The notes: generated by a model not told the origin, from the letters alone. A DNA stretch of 64,000 nucleotides from an uncultured delta proteobacterium (GCA_963793865.1 CAWCBP010000004.1:292526-356525), one strand, 5' to 3'. Counted from the stretch's first letter, positions 9,621 to 20,129 are shown. Translations and numbers: made by a program.

Positions 9621-11094
9621 AATTCAGTTTTTTCCTACCTTCCATGTCGTTCCCTGTGGCGCTGTCCTCAAGGATGATGCCCTTGCTTAAGAGCTCATCC
9701 CGGATCTCGTCGGCCCTTTTCCAATTCTTCTGGGCACGGGCGGCCTTTCGCTCCTCGATGTAGTTGAGTATCTGCTCCTCGCTCAAGGCAACATCCTTCA
9801 TACCCTCATCCTGCTTCTGCCTGAAATATTCAGCCGGGTCTGTGGTCAGGATACCGAGAACGGCCCCCAGCCTCGTGAAGGCTGCAAGGCCCTCTTCCAG
9901 AAGTGCGGGTGGAAAACCCGCGGCAGCATCCTGTTTGGCCTCCGCGAACAACCGGTTGAGGTCACGGGTCGCGCGCTGAAGCACTCCCAGGGCGGCTGCG
10001 CTATTAAAATCATCGTCCATGGCCTTCTCGAACTGCTCCGGCAGCGATCGTACAATCTCCTCCATTTCTTTCGTGCCCGCGGCAGGCGATCCTTTAATCT
10101 CGCCTTTCATTTCCTTTAAATCCTTGAGCAGCGCGTACAGGCGGTCCAGGGCCTGCTGGGCTTCGCGCAGGCTCTGCTCGGAAAAATCCACCGGACTGCG
10201 ATAATGATTGGAGAGCAGAAACAGCCTCACCGCTTCGGGATGGCAGTAGCCCAGGATCTCCCGGATGGTGGAAAAATTCTTGAGAGACTTGGACATCTTC
10301 TCCTGGTTTATGGTGACAAACCCGTTGTGAATCCAGTAGCGGACAAACGGCTTTCCCGTGGCGCCCTCCGCCTGGGCAATCTCATTCTCGTGGTGGGGAA
10401 AAATCAGGTCAGCCCCTCCCCCGTGGATGTCAAAGGTTTCTCCCAGAAAATGCTGGCCCATGGCGGAGCACTCGATGTGCCAGCCGGGCCTCCCCTTGCC
10501 CCAGGGGCAATCCCACGCCGGCTCGCCGGGTTTGCTTGCCTTCCACAGGGCAAAATCCAGGGGATCCTTCTTCCGGTCATCAACCTCCACCCGGGCGCCC
10601 GCCTGCAGCTGCTCAGTGTTCTTCCCCGACAGCTTTCCGTACGGCCCGAACTTTGAAACCGCGTAGTACACGTCGCCTTCCACTTCGTAGCCGTACCCGT
10701 TTTCAACCAGCCGCTCTATCAGCCGGATCATCCCCGTGATGTGCTCCGTCGCGCGCGGCGTGTGTGAAGGAGTCTCGACATTCAGCGCCGCCATGTCCCG
10801 GTCATACTCGGCAATGTAGCGCTCGGCAATCTCCCTGGCGCTCACCCCTTCCTGATTGGCCTTGTTGATTATTTTGTCATCGACATCGGTATAATTTCTC
10901 ACGTAGGTTACATCGTATCCCTTGAATTTCAAGTACCGGTAGATAATGTCAAAAACGATGGCCGCCCGTGCGTGCCCGATATGGGAAAGGTCATACACGG
11001 TCACCCCGCAGACATACATTCCCACCTTGCCCTCTCTGAGCGGCTGAAAGGGTTCCTTTTTGCCGGTCATGGTGTTGTAAATGGTAAGTGCCAT
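9604..11094 (-). CDS. cysS: Cysteine--tRNA ligase (true stop probably 9624 after correcting a G-run indel)
   Basis: YVCGVTVYD, HIGH, GRPGWHIEC, KMSKS motifs. Confidence 0.97.
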   Translation of the reverse strand: MALTIYNTMTGKKEPFQPLREGKVGMYVCGVTVYDLSHIGHARAAIVFDIIYRYLKFKGYDVTYVRNYTDVDDKIINKANQEGVSAREIAERYIAEYDRDMAALNVETPSHTPRATEHITGMIRLIERLVENGYGYEVEGDVYYAVSKFGPYGKLSGKNTEQLQAGARVEVDDRKKDPLDFALWKASKPGEPAWDCPWGKGRPGWHIECSAMGQHFLGETFDIHGGGADLIFPHHENEIAQAEGATGKPFVRYWIHNGFVTINQEKMSKSLKNFSTIREILGYCHPEAVRLFLLSNHYRSPVDFSEQSLREAQQALDRLYALLKDLKEMKGEIKGSPAAGTKEMEEIVRSLPEQFEKAMDDDFNSAAALGVLQRATRDLNRLFAEAKQDAAAGFPPALLEEGLAAFTRLGAVLGILTTDPAEYFRQKQDEGMKDVALSEEQILNYIEERKAARAQKNWKRADEIRDELLSKGIILEDSATGNDMEGRKKLNFENAK

Positions 11095-11135
11095 CAGCAA
11101 ATCCTCGTGGTGATGATTAGTGTAAAATTTCCCCG

Positions 11136-11345
11136 TCATTTGAAATTTGAACTTCGATTGGGCATTTGTCATGCCAAGGTGCCGTAATGTCAAATGTCAA
11201 AACCCAAAGTTCAAATCAATGACAAAATCAAAATGTCTAAATGGCTCTTTTTTAACTTTGAACTTCATTTGGCATTTGGACTTTGAAATTTGTCATTATC
11301 CTCACTGAAACACCAAATGACAAAATCCAAATTTTTCCCTCGAAA
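11136..11345. repeat. Heptamer-repeat hairpins (AAATGTC / CATTTGG) between ispF and cysS
   Basis: 7-nt periodic arms in both orientations, same family as 9445-9620 but without REP. Confidence 0.7.
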
Positions 11346-11360
11346 TGACACAAAGCAGGA

Positions 11361-11855
11361 TTATGACACAGCCTCCGGGGCCGCCTTCATCAGAACCACC
11401 GCGTGCGCGGAGATGCCCTCTCCCCGCCCGATGGGCCCCAGACCCTCGGCGGTGGTGGCCTTAATGCTGACCCGGTCTGATGGGATGCCGGAAACGTGCG
11501 CTATATTTTCGCGCATCTTCCCGGTGTATGCCGCGACTTTCGGCCGCTCCGCAACCAGTGAAACATCGATATTGCCGACCGCATAACCCTTTTCCTTTGC
11601 CAGCTTTACAACCCCCCTTAAAAGCTCCAGGCTGGCAATGTCCTTAAAGCGGCTGTCGGTATCAGGAAAGTGCACGCCGATATCACCCAATGCCAGGGCG
11701 CCGAGGATCGCGTCGCATACCGCGTGCAGCAGCACATCAGCATCCGAGTGCCCGTACAGCCCCCGCTCGAACGGCACATGTACACCGCCCAGCATGAGCT
11801 TTCTGCCCTCAACCAGCCGGTGAACATCGTAGCCATAACCAATTCGCACGGACAT
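11361..11855 (-). CDS. ispF: 2-C-methyl-D-erythritol 2,4-cyclodiphosphate synthase
   Basis: RIGYGYDVH, GHSDADVLLHA, DIGVHFPD, KATTAE. Confidence 0.97.
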   Translation of the reverse strand: MSVRIGYGYDVHRLVEGRKLMLGGVHVPFERGLYGHSDADVLLHAVCDAILGALALGDIGVHFPDTDSRFKDIASLELLRGVVKLAKEKGYAVGNIDVSLVAERPKVAAYTGKMRENIAHVSGIPSDRVSIKATTAEGLGPIGRGEGISAHAVVLMKAAPEAVS

Positions 11856-11914
11856 TTTTCTTCGTGCTCTCCGTAGTTAGTATTATTGTTTCGTGTGCTT
11901 CGTGGTTGCGTTTG

Positions 11915-11949
11915 AGGGGTCAGGGTACAGGGAACAGGGTGTAGGGCTA
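11915..11949 (+). repeat. Five tandem AGGGNNN heptamers
   Basis: aggggtc agggtac agggaac agggtgt agggcta. Confidence 0.6.
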
Positions 11950-12666
11950 AAGACCGACTCCTGCATCATTCGTCTTCTGCGACCTTCTCCTCAATATCAT
12001 CTCCCCCACAGCCAGGTCTTCCGGGGTGGTAATTTTGATGTTTTCGTAAGAGCCTTCAACCACCTTGACCGGCAGGCCCAGCCGCTCCACCAGAGAGGCC
12101 TCATCAGTGGCATAAAAACCATCCTCCATGGCCTGGCGGTACGCCCTGCGCAAAACGTCACGCTTGAACGTCTGCGGAGTCTGTACCAGGAAGACGCTCT
12201 TTCTGTCCGGTGTCTTCAGCACCATATGTTGATCGGAAACCAGCTTGACCGTGTCCTTGGCCGGCACTGCGGCAATGCTCGCGCCGCAGTCAATCGCCCC
12301 CTCGATGGAGCGCGCCAGCATCTCCTGCGAAATAAAAGGCCGCACACCGTCATGCACCATCACCAGGTCGCAATCATCCTGAACCGTCCTGAGCCCCTCC
12401 CACACCGAGTCCTGGCGCTGCACGCCGCCCGCGAGTACGGCGCCCACTTTTTGGAGCCTGAACGCCTCAACCACGGATGCCCGCGCGCGCTCAATTTCAC
12501 CGCTCTCCACTATGAGCACTACCTCATGAATCAGCGGGCAGCGCTCAAGCTCCAGGAGGGTATGAGCGAGAATGGGCTTTCCCTGCAGCAGAAGATAGGG
12601 CTTGCTGTGGGCACCGCCCATTCTTTTCCCCTGCCCGGCGGCAGGGATGAGGGCAACGCATTTCAT
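11947..12666 (-). CDS. ispD: 2-C-methyl-D-erythritol 4-phosphate cytidylyltransferase
   Basis: IPAAGQGKRM, RQDSV, VHDGVRP, QTPQ, NIKITTPEDL. Confidence 0.97.
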   Translation of the reverse strand: MKCVALIPAAGQGKRMGGAHSKPYLLLQGKPILAHTLLELERCPLIHEVVLIVESGEIERARASVVEAFRLQKVGAVLAGGVQRQDSVWEGLRTVQDDCDLVMVHDGVRPFISQEMLARSIEGAIDCGASIAAVPAKDTVKLVSDQHMVLKTPDRKSVFLVQTPQTFKRDVLRRAYRQAMEDGFYATDEASLVERLGLPVKVVEGSYENIKITTPEDLAVGEMILRRRSQKTNDAGVGL

Positions 12667-12672
12667 CCGCGT

Positions 12673-13704
12673 TTACCTGTCAGAGTTGGAGGAATTTTCA
12701 GCCGATTTCCTGCTCTTGAGCTCGGTAAAAATCATTCTTCCCGCCGTCGTTTGCAGGACGCTGGTAACGGTAACATCGGCATTTCTGCCCATAAACCTTC
12801 TTCCGTTTTCCACCACCACCATGGTGCCGTCGTCAAGGTAGGCCACACCCTGGCCCTGCTCCTTCCCTTCCCGCTGAATGAAAACATTCATCTGCTCACC
12901 GGGGAGCACAACCGGACGCAGGGCCGTGGCCAGCTGATTGACATTGAGCACCGGGACGCCCTGCAGCTCCGCCACCTTGTTGAGGTTAAAATCGTTGGTA
13001 ATAATCTTCCCTTCCATCTTTTTGGCCAGGGCGACCAGCTTGGCATCAACCTCTTTTATCTTGGGAAAGTCCTGGTCGATAATCTTGACCTCAACATCCA
13101 CCTGCTTCTGAATCTTGTTCAGGATATCCAGGCCCCGCTTTCCCCTGACCCGTCTCATCGAGTCCGAGGAATCTGCAATGTAGAGCAGCTCCTGCAGCAC
13201 AAACTGGGGAATGATTAATGTGCCTTCAACAAAGCCGGTTTCAAAAATGTCCGCTATTCTCCCGTCGATGATGGCGCTCGTATCCATGACCTTGATGTTC
13301 TGGTTCCCGGCCGCGCCACGCAAGCCGCCGGACCTGGTTTTCACCAGCTCATCCGCCTTGCCGACGCCAATGGCCAGGCCCAGAAAACCGAGCAGGACAT
13401 TGAGCATGAGGTAGATGGTGAAGCTGATGAGCGCGTTTCCCGGATAGTGAAAAAGAAGTGCAAAGGAAGAAAGATTGGCCAGTACCAGGCCCGTGGCAAA
13501 ACCTGCAACACCTCCTGCAACTACCCTCAAGGGGGTCTTTTTGACCTTATGCTCAATGAGCATTGCGACAGCCGCCAGGGCGATTCCCGCCAGTCCTCCC
13601 AGCAGGGCAAAATTTGTTGTCTTGAACAGCCCCCGGAAGAGAAAAGCACCGACCGCGGCAGCACAAAAAGCCAGCACGCATCTGAAAACTATCATTGTGT
13701 TCAC
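12673..13704 (-). CDS. PIN/TRAM domain membrane protein (YacL family)
   Basis: TM helices, DTSAIIDGRI, TNDFNLNKVA, QGVAYLDDGTMVVVE. Confidence 0.93.
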   Translation of the reverse strand: MNTMIVFRCVLAFCAAAVGAFLFRGLFKTTNFALLGGLAGIALAAVAMLIEHKVKKTPLRVVAGGVAGFATGLVLANLSSFALLFHYPGNALISFTIYLMLNVLLGFLGLAIGVGKADELVKTRSGGLRGAAGNQNIKVMDTSAIIDGRIADIFETGFVEGTLIIPQFVLQELLYIADSSDSMRRVRGKRGLDILNKIQKQVDVEVKIIDQDFPKIKEVDAKLVALAKKMEGKIITNDFNLNKVAELQGVPVLNVNQLATALRPVVLPGEQMNVFIQREGKEQGQGVAYLDDGTMVVVENGRRFMGRNADVTVTSVLQTTAGRMIFTELKSRKSAENSSNSDR

Positions 13705-13922
13705 CTCCTTTCATCAGTGACGTAATACCTATAAAAGCACAGCTTCAAGGTGTGGCGCATTGCCACACCCGTCGTAAAAAGCATCTCCACCTGCATAACC
13801 GCGCTATATGATGTAATCCGTGGGAAAAAGATTCGTCGTTCGAGGGGAGTAAAATCATTTTTTTGAAGAGCTGCACGTGTGAGAGGAAAGCAGAAATTTC
13901 AGGTCAGGCGAGGGGTAAGGCT

Positions 13923-14405
13923 TCAGTAGTCGAAAATTCTTTTCAGCTCTTTTTCAATGGTCTTCTCAGAGCTGTTCTTCACGATGGAAAGCTCTTTAAT
14001 CAGCAGGTTTCTTGCCGTATCCAGCATCCTCCGCTCGCCGAACGAAAGGTCTTTATCCAGCCTCAGCAGGAACAGATCACGCAGCACACCCGCAACTTCA
14101 AAGATGGAACCGGTTTTAATTTTATCAACGTATTCACGGTATCTTCTGTTCCAGGTCTGGGAATCAATCTCTATGTCTTTCTTCTTTAAAATCTTATAAA
14201 CCTTGGACACCTGGTTCTCGGCAATCACTTCCCTGAGCCCCACGGAATCGGCATTCTTGGTAGGAATCATTATGGTCATGCCGTTGCCCAGTACCCTGAG
14301 AACATAAAACGTGTGCTTATCGCCTGAAATCTCTTTACTTTCTATGGACTCTATGACGCCCACACCGTGCGTTGGATAAACCGCCATATCTCCCACTTTG
14401 AACAC
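13923..14405 (-). CDS. carD: CarD family transcriptional regulator
   Basis: FKVGDMAVYPTHGVG, WNRRYR, LSFGERRML. Confidence 0.95.
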   Translation of the reverse strand: MFKVGDMAVYPTHGVGVIESIESKEISGDKHTFYVLRVLGNGMTIMIPTKNADSVGLREVIAENQVSKVYKILKKKDIEIDSQTWNRRYREYVDKIKTGSIFEVAGVLRDLFLLRLDKDLSFGERRMLDTARNLLIKELSIVKNSSEKTIEKELKRIFDY

Positions 14406-14676
14406 GCCGATTTACCTCCTCCGGTTGTTATATCAAAGATTCAATCAAACCACACCGATAATGAATTATACACGTATTGAGCGTTTTAAGCAACCAAAAT
14501 TATTTTATTTATTATTCAATTGCAGACTCAAAGTGGGGGTTTACATGGATGAGGCCACCCTTAAAATAAAAGTCATTATAAATCAATTGGTAATAACCCA
14601 TAGCGGCTCTGCGCCGTATGAAAATACAACGGATTGCCGCTGGAGTTCACCCCTGGGTTAACAGGGTAAATGAAAG

Positions 14677-14699
14677 AAAAACCGCTCTGAGAGCGGTTT
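14677..14699 (-). terminator. Probable terminator after nuoN
   Basis: AAACCGCTC-TCA-GAGCGGTTT hairpin followed by T residues on the minus strand. Confidence 0.55.
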
Positions 14700-14745
14700 C
14701 ATGAGGCAGAACCATGCACCTTGATAAAAAACTCTTATTAATCAA

Positions 14746-16215
14746 CTACATCAGCATCTCAATCGATGCCCTGGCAATTTGCAGATAGCGCGCAGGAAGT
14801 ATGCCCATGTGGAGGGTAAAAAATATTGTGATGAGCAGGGCAACAATCATGGGAAAGGAAAAAGAAAGATTGCCGACCTCCTTAACCGGGTCCCTCATGT
14901 ACATGACCACGGTGACCCTGAGATAGTAATAGGCGGCGATGAGGCTGTTTAAAACGCCGATGATGGTAAGCCAGATAAATCCCTGTTTTACCGCGGCGCT
15001 GAAAATATAAAATTTGCCGATAAAACCGGCCAGCGGCGGAATGCCTGCCAGGGACAACATGAAGACGGCCATGGCAGCCGACAGCCAGGGATACTTAAAG
15101 CCGGCCCCGGCGTAGTCCGTCACCAGGATGTTTTCCTCACCCTTCTTCCCGTAGAGGATGACGATGGCAAATGCCCCCAGGTTCATGAGGGTGTAGGCCA
15201 TGAGGTAATAGATAATGCTGGTCGTGGCCAGGCTTCCCCCCGCTGTCATTGCCACCAGAATATAGCCGGCATGGGCAATGCTGGAGTAGGCCAGCATGCG
15301 CTTGATGTTTTCCTGGCTTATTGCCACCAGGTTTCCCAGGGTCATGGTCACCGCGGACAGCACCCAGAGAATCATGGTCCAGTCCGGCCTCAGCGACTCG
15401 AACGAGGAGAGAAAAACCCTCAGGAAGGCGGAGAACGCGGCCGCCTTCACCCCCACCGACATAAAGGCGGTTATGGAGGTCGGCGCCCCCTCGTACACAT
15501 CGGGTGTCCACATGTGGAAGGGCACCAGGGCCACCTTGAAGCCGAAGCCCACCAGGAGGAGCCCCACGGCGGCGAGCACCAGGGGGCTGGAGGCAAGCAG
15601 CGGCGTGCTTTGAATGTAAGCGGCGATGGCAGGCAGGCGGGTGGTGCCCGTCGCGCCGTAGATGAAGGCAATGCCGTACAGCAGAAAGGCGCTGGAAAAC
15701 GCGCCCAGCAGAAAATATTTCAGCGCCGATTCATTGGACTTAAGGCTGTTTCTCAAAAAACCCACCAGCACGTACACGGAGACGGAGAGGGTTTCCAGGC
15801 CGAGAAAGACGACCATCAGGTCATTGGCCTTGGCCATGATCATCATCCCCACCGTCGCCAGCAGGATGAGCACGTAAAACTCCCCGTAGTTGATCCCCTC
15901 CAGCCTGATGTAGTTTACCGAGATGAGCACGGTGATGAACGCCGCCGCCGCGAAGAGGCCGGTAAAAAAGAGGCTGAAGCGGTCCACCACGATCATGGCG
16001 TTAAAGGCGTGCTCCGCGACACCGTCCGCCCAGATGCCGGCGGAGGCAACGAACGAAGTGGCCAGGCCGAGCAGGGTCACCCATGCCAGGGGCGTCTTGT
16101 TGTCCTTTCCCAGCGCGAGATCGGTGAGCAGCACCACCAGGGCGGTGACCAGCACCATCAGTTCGGGCAGCACCGCCCGCATGTTTATCAGCGGAAGAAC
16201 TATCGGCTCCATCAT
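14746..16215 (-). CDS. nuoN: NADH-quinone oxidoreductase subunit N
   Basis: ALKYFLLG, FKVALVPFHMWTPDVYEGAP, KRMLAYSSIAH. Confidence 0.96.
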   Translation of the reverse strand: MMEPIVLPLINMRAVLPELMVLVTALVVLLTDLALGKDNKTPLAWVTLLGLATSFVASAGIWADGVAEHAFNAMIVVDRFSLFFTGLFAAAAFITVLISVNYIRLEGINYGEFYVLILLATVGMMIMAKANDLMVVFLGLETLSVSVYVLVGFLRNSLKSNESALKYFLLGAFSSAFLLYGIAFIYGATGTTRLPAIAAYIQSTPLLASSPLVLAAVGLLLVGFGFKVALVPFHMWTPDVYEGAPTSITAFMSVGVKAAAFSAFLRVFLSSFESLRPDWTMILWVLSAVTMTLGNLVAISQENIKRMLAYSSIAHAGYILVAMTAGGSLATTSIIYYLMAYTLMNLGAFAIVILYGKKGEENILVTDYAGAGFKYPWLSAAMAVFMLSLAGIPPLAGFIGKFYIFSAAVKQGFIWLTIIGVLNSLIAAYYYLRVTVVMYMRDPVKEVGNLSFSFPMIVALLITIFFTLHMGILPARYLQIARASIEMLM

Positions 16216-17783
16216 CGATCTCCTGTCCTCTCGTGCCGGGCACCGGGTACCGTGGAAACCATCTTCACTTCAGCACCGCGCCGTGACGTTTTCGATTCTA
16301 CCTGGGTAATCAGGTGCTTGACCGTGGCATCCATCCGGGACAAAAACGGCCTTGGATAGACGCCGATCTGCACGATAAAGAAAATCAGCGGGAGCAGCAC
16401 ACAAACCTCCCGCAGCGAAAGGTCCTTAAGCGTCCGGTTCGCCTCTTTGGTGATCTCTCCGAACATCACCCGCTGGAACATCCACAGCATGTAGACCGCG
16501 GCGAAAATGACCCCGAGCGCGGCAAAAACGGCGTAGGCGGCGTTGGCCCTGAACGTGCCCAGGAGGATCAGGAACTCCCCCACGAACCCGTTGAGCCCGG
16601 GCAGGCCCACCGACGACAGGGTGACGATCATGAAGAAGGTGGCAAAAACCGGCATCACCTTGGAAAGGCCGCCGAACTCCTCGATGAGGCGGGTGTGCCG
16701 GCGCTCATAGATCATCCCCACGATGAGGAAGAGGGCGCCGGTTGAAAAGCCGTGATTGAGCATCTGCAGGATGCCCCCTTCGAGGCCCTGGATGTTAAGC
16801 GCGAAGATGCCCAGCACCACGAACCCCAGATGGCTCACGCTGGAAAAGGCGATCATCCGCTTCAGGTCCTTCTGCACAATGCAGACCAGGGCGCCGTAGA
16901 CGATGCCGATGATGGCCAGCACGGACATGAGGGGGACGAAGGCAATCGTGGCCTCGGCAAACAGGGGGAGGTTGAAGCGCAGGAATCCGTAGGTTCCCAT
17001 TTTCAGGAGCACCGCCGCCAGCAGCACGCTCCCCACCGTCGGCGCCTCGGTGTGGGCGTCGGGAAGCCAGGTATGAAAGGGAAACATGGGGACCTTGATG
17101 GCGAAGGCCAGGGCAAAGGCCAGAAACAGCCAGATCTGCATCCCGTAGGGAATGGAGAGCTTGTAGAGGTCCTCGAGCATGAAGGTATAGGTGCCGGTAA
17201 CGCTGTGGTTGTAAAAGTAGAGCACCAGGATGGCAACCAGCATCAAGAGGCTTCCGAACATGGTGAAGAGAAAGAACTTGACCGCCGCGTAAATCCTGCG
17301 GGCGGGCGCCCCCCAGACCCCGATGAGCAGGTACATGGGGATGAGCATGACCTCCCAGAAGATGTAAAAGAGGAAGAGGTCCAGCGAGACAAAGACGCCG
17401 ATGACCCCCGTCTCCAGCAGCAGCAGGCAGATCATGAACCCCTTCACCTTCTCCTGGATGTCCTTCCAGCAGGCAACCACCGAGATGGCCGTCAGAAAGG
17501 TGGTGAGCAGGACCAGGAAGAGGCTGATGCCGTCCACGCCCAAATGGTAGCTGATGCCGTATTCTTCCACCCAGGGAACGGTGGTGACGAACTGAAATTC
17601 GTGGGTGGTGCAGTCGAAGGCCCGGTAGAGAAGCAGGGAAATCAGGAAATTGAGCAGCGCCGTCAAAAAGGTGATGCCCTTGATCACGGCGGGCTTCTCC
17701 CTGCTGACGCCGACTATGAGCAGTATGCCGGCCAGGGGCAGAAAAATCAAAACCGAGAGGATATCAAAGCTGATGTTGGTCAT
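16212..17783 (-). CDS. nuoM: NADH-quinone oxidoreductase subunit M
   Basis: FWEVMLIPMY, PFHTWLPDAHTEAP, LLKMGTYG. Confidence 0.96.
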   Translation of the reverse strand: MTNISFDILSVLIFLPLAGILLIVGVSREKPAVIKGITFLTALLNFLISLLLYRAFDCTTHEFQFVTTVPWVEEYGISYHLGVDGISLFLVLLTTFLTAISVVACWKDIQEKVKGFMICLLLLETGVIGVFVSLDLFLFYIFWEVMLIPMYLLIGVWGAPARRIYAAVKFFLFTMFGSLLMLVAILVLYFYNHSVTGTYTFMLEDLYKLSIPYGMQIWLFLAFALAFAIKVPMFPFHTWLPDAHTEAPTVGSVLLAAVLLKMGTYGFLRFNLPLFAEATIAFVPLMSVLAIIGIVYGALVCIVQKDLKRMIAFSSVSHLGFVVLGIFALNIQGLEGGILQMLNHGFSTGALFLIVGMIYERRHTRLIEEFGGLSKVMPVFATFFMIVTLSSVGLPGLNGFVGEFLILLGTFRANAAYAVFAALGVIFAAVYMLWMFQRVMFGEITKEANRTLKDLSLREVCVLLPLIFFIVQIGVYPRPFLSRMDATVKHLITQVESKTSRRGAEVKMVSTVPGARHERTGDR

Positions 17784-17804
17784 TGTTCTCCCTTTTCCCT
17801 CCCA

Positions 17805-19772
17805 TCATTTCATGATCACGTAGAGGATGACCGCCAGGCCGAAGAGGATGGAGAGGGCATAGTTCTGGACAAAGCCCGTCTGCACATATTTGAGCAGGCC
17901 GCTCGCTTTTTTCACCAAGGCGGCGGACCCGTTCACCAGCGCACCGTCCACCACCTGTTCATCCAATCCCTTCCAGAGGAAGGTGGAGATGCTTTTTAAA
18001 GGCTCGACCACCAGCGCGTTATAAATCTCATCCACAAAGTACTTGTTGGTGAGCAGGTGGTAATAGCCCTTGAAGCGCCCGGCGATTTTATCAGGAAGCT
18101 CCGGCCGCCTGATATACAGATAGTAGGCGGTTATGATCCCGGCAAGCCCGATGGCGACGGAAACCCCCATCATCAGCAGCTCCAGGCCCGCCGAATGGTG
18201 CGCGAGCGGCTCCGCGGCGGCCGCCCCTTCGGAGGCAAATGCCAGCCCCGAGTACACCTTTTGCGCCACCTCCGCCGCGTGCCCGGCAACCACCGGCGCG
18301 AGGAAATCGTGGATGCGGTTCCATCCCGGGATCAGGGGAATGCCCACCAGGCCTCCGATGACCGAAAGCACCGCCAGAATCAGCAGGGGGACGGTCATCA
18401 CCGGGGGGGATTCGTGGACATGGTGCTCAACCTCCGGCTCCATGCGCGATGTCCCGTAAAAGGTCATGAAGACGGCGCGGAACATGTAGAAGGCGGTCAT
18501 GAAGGCGGCAAACGCCGCAACCGCCCAGAGGAGGAAGCTCTTCTGGAAGGCATTCCAGAGTATCTCGTCCTTGCTGAAAAAACCGGCAAAGGGCGGAATG
18601 CCGGCTATGGCCAGGCATCCGATGAAGAAGGTCATGTAGGTCACCGGCAGGCGGGACTTTAATCCCCCCATTTTCCTCATGTCCAGTTCGCCCGACAGGG
18701 CATGCATCACGCTGCCTGCGCAGAGAAAGAGCAGGGCCTTGAAAAAGGCGTGCGTCATCAGGTGGAAAATGCCGGCGGCAAAGGACCCCACCCCGCAGGC
18801 CAGAAACATGTAGCCCAGCTGGCTGATGGTGGAGTAGGCCAGGACCCGCTTGATGTCGTTGGCGACAATGGCAATGGAGGCGGTAAAGATGGCGGTAAGC
18901 GCGCCGATGACGGCAACCACCTGCATGGACAGGGGCGCAAGCGTGTAAAGGGCGCTGCACCGGGCCACCATGTAAACGCCGGCGGTGACCATGGTCGCCG
19001 CGTGGATGAGGGCGCTGACCGGGGTCGGGCCTTCCATGGCGTCGGGAAGCCAGACATAGAGCGGGATCTGCGCGGACTTGCCGCAGGCCCCGACAAAGAG
19101 AAGCAGGGTAATCAGCGTCACCGTGAGCTCTCCCCCCTTGAAGAACTGGGGCGCTTTTTCGAAAACGGGAAGAAAATCGAGGCTGCCGAACACCACGAAG
19201 ATGAGCATCATGGCCAGCAGAAAGCCGTAGTCCCCGATGCGGTTGACGATAAAGGCCTTCTTGCCCGCGTCGGCCGGCGCCTTCTTCCGGTACCAGAAGC
19301 CGATGAGCAGGTAGCTGCACAGCCCCACTCCCTCCCAGCCGATGAACATGAGCAGAAAGCTGTTGGCCGAAACCAGGATGAGCATGAAGAACACAAACAG
19401 GTTCAGGTAGGTGAAGTAGCGGCGGAACCCGGGGTCATCGTGCATGTAGCCGACTGAATAGACATGAATGACAAAGGAGACGCCGGACACGGTGAGCATC
19501 ATGATGAGCGAGAGGGCGTCCACCAGGAAGCCGATGTTCACCTGCAGGTCGCCGCAGGGTATCCAGCGGTAGAGCAGGATCTCAAAAACCCTCGCCTGGG
19601 GATCGGCCTGCAGCACCTGCGCCAGGATGAGGCAGGAAACCAGAAAGGAAAGCAGGATCATCGCCGACCCGATGATGCCGGTCAGGGTCTTGGGAAAGCG
19701 AATGCCCGCGAGGCCGTTCAGCAGCACGCCGATGAGGGGAAACGCGGGAACAAGCCATACATAGTCAATCAT
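17805..19772 (-). CDS. nuoL: NADH-quinone oxidoreductase subunit L
   Basis: GWEGVGLCSYLLIGFW, KSAQIPLYVWLPDAMEGPTPVSALIHAATMV. Confidence 0.96.
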   Translation of the reverse strand: MIDYVWLVPAFPLIGVLLNGLAGIRFPKTLTGIIGSAMILLSFLVSCLILAQVLQADPQARVFEILLYRWIPCGDLQVNIGFLVDALSLIMMLTVSGVSFVIHVYSVGYMHDDPGFRRYFTYLNLFVFFMLILVSANSFLLMFIGWEGVGLCSYLLIGFWYRKKAPADAGKKAFIVNRIGDYGFLLAMMLIFVVFGSLDFLPVFEKAPQFFKGGELTVTLITLLLFVGACGKSAQIPLYVWLPDAMEGPTPVSALIHAATMVTAGVYMVARCSALYTLAPLSMQVVAVIGALTAIFTASIAIVANDIKRVLAYSTISQLGYMFLACGVGSFAAGIFHLMTHAFFKALLFLCAGSVMHALSGELDMRKMGGLKSRLPVTYMTFFIGCLAIAGIPPFAGFFSKDEILWNAFQKSFLLWAVAAFAAFMTAFYMFRAVFMTFYGTSRMEPEVEHHVHESPPVMTVPLLILAVLSVIGGLVGIPLIPGWNRIHDFLAPVVAGHAAEVAQKVYSGLAFASEGAAAAEPLAHHSAGLELLMMGVSVAIGLAGIITAYYLYIRRPELPDKIAGRFKGYYHLLTNKYFVDEIYNALVVEPLKSISTFLWKGLDEQVVDGALVNGSAALVKKASGLLKYVQTGFVQNYALSILFGLAVILYVIMK

Positions 19773-19788
19773 GATGATGCTCCTTCAT

Positions 19789-20091
19789 CTACCACTTCAT
19801 GAGATTGATATCGTCAACGTTTAAGGTTTCCCTGTTCCGGTAGAGCGCGATGATGATGCCCAGTCCCACGGCGGCCTCGGCGGCGGCCACGGTCATGACG
19901 AAAAAGACAAACACCTGGCCGTCGAGAGAGTCAAGGTGGCGGGAAAAGGTTATGAAGGCCAGGTTGGCCGCGTTGAGCATCAGCTCGATGCACATGAAGA
20001 TGACGATGGCGTTCCGTCTGGTGAACACGCCCCACACGCCGATAAAAAAGAGGATGACGCTTAAAATCAGATAATGGGAAAGGGGAACCAT
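19789..20091 (-). CDS. nuoK: NADH-quinone oxidoreductase subunit K
   Basis: [21 protein letters not shown]. Confidence 0.96.
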   Translation of the reverse strand: MVPLSHYLILSVILFFIGVWGVFTRRNAIVIFMCIELMLNAANLAFITFSRHLDSLDGQVFVFFVMTVAAAEAAVGLGIIIALYRNRETLNVDDINLMKW

Positions 20092-20129
20092 GGCTTGCGT
20101 CCTTTCTGTGCCGCCCCGGGCGGGACGGT

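Noticed and set aside
9445-11345. CRISPR array
   Set aside because: Repeats are degenerate heptamers and palindromes without constant repeat-spacer periodicity; no cas genes
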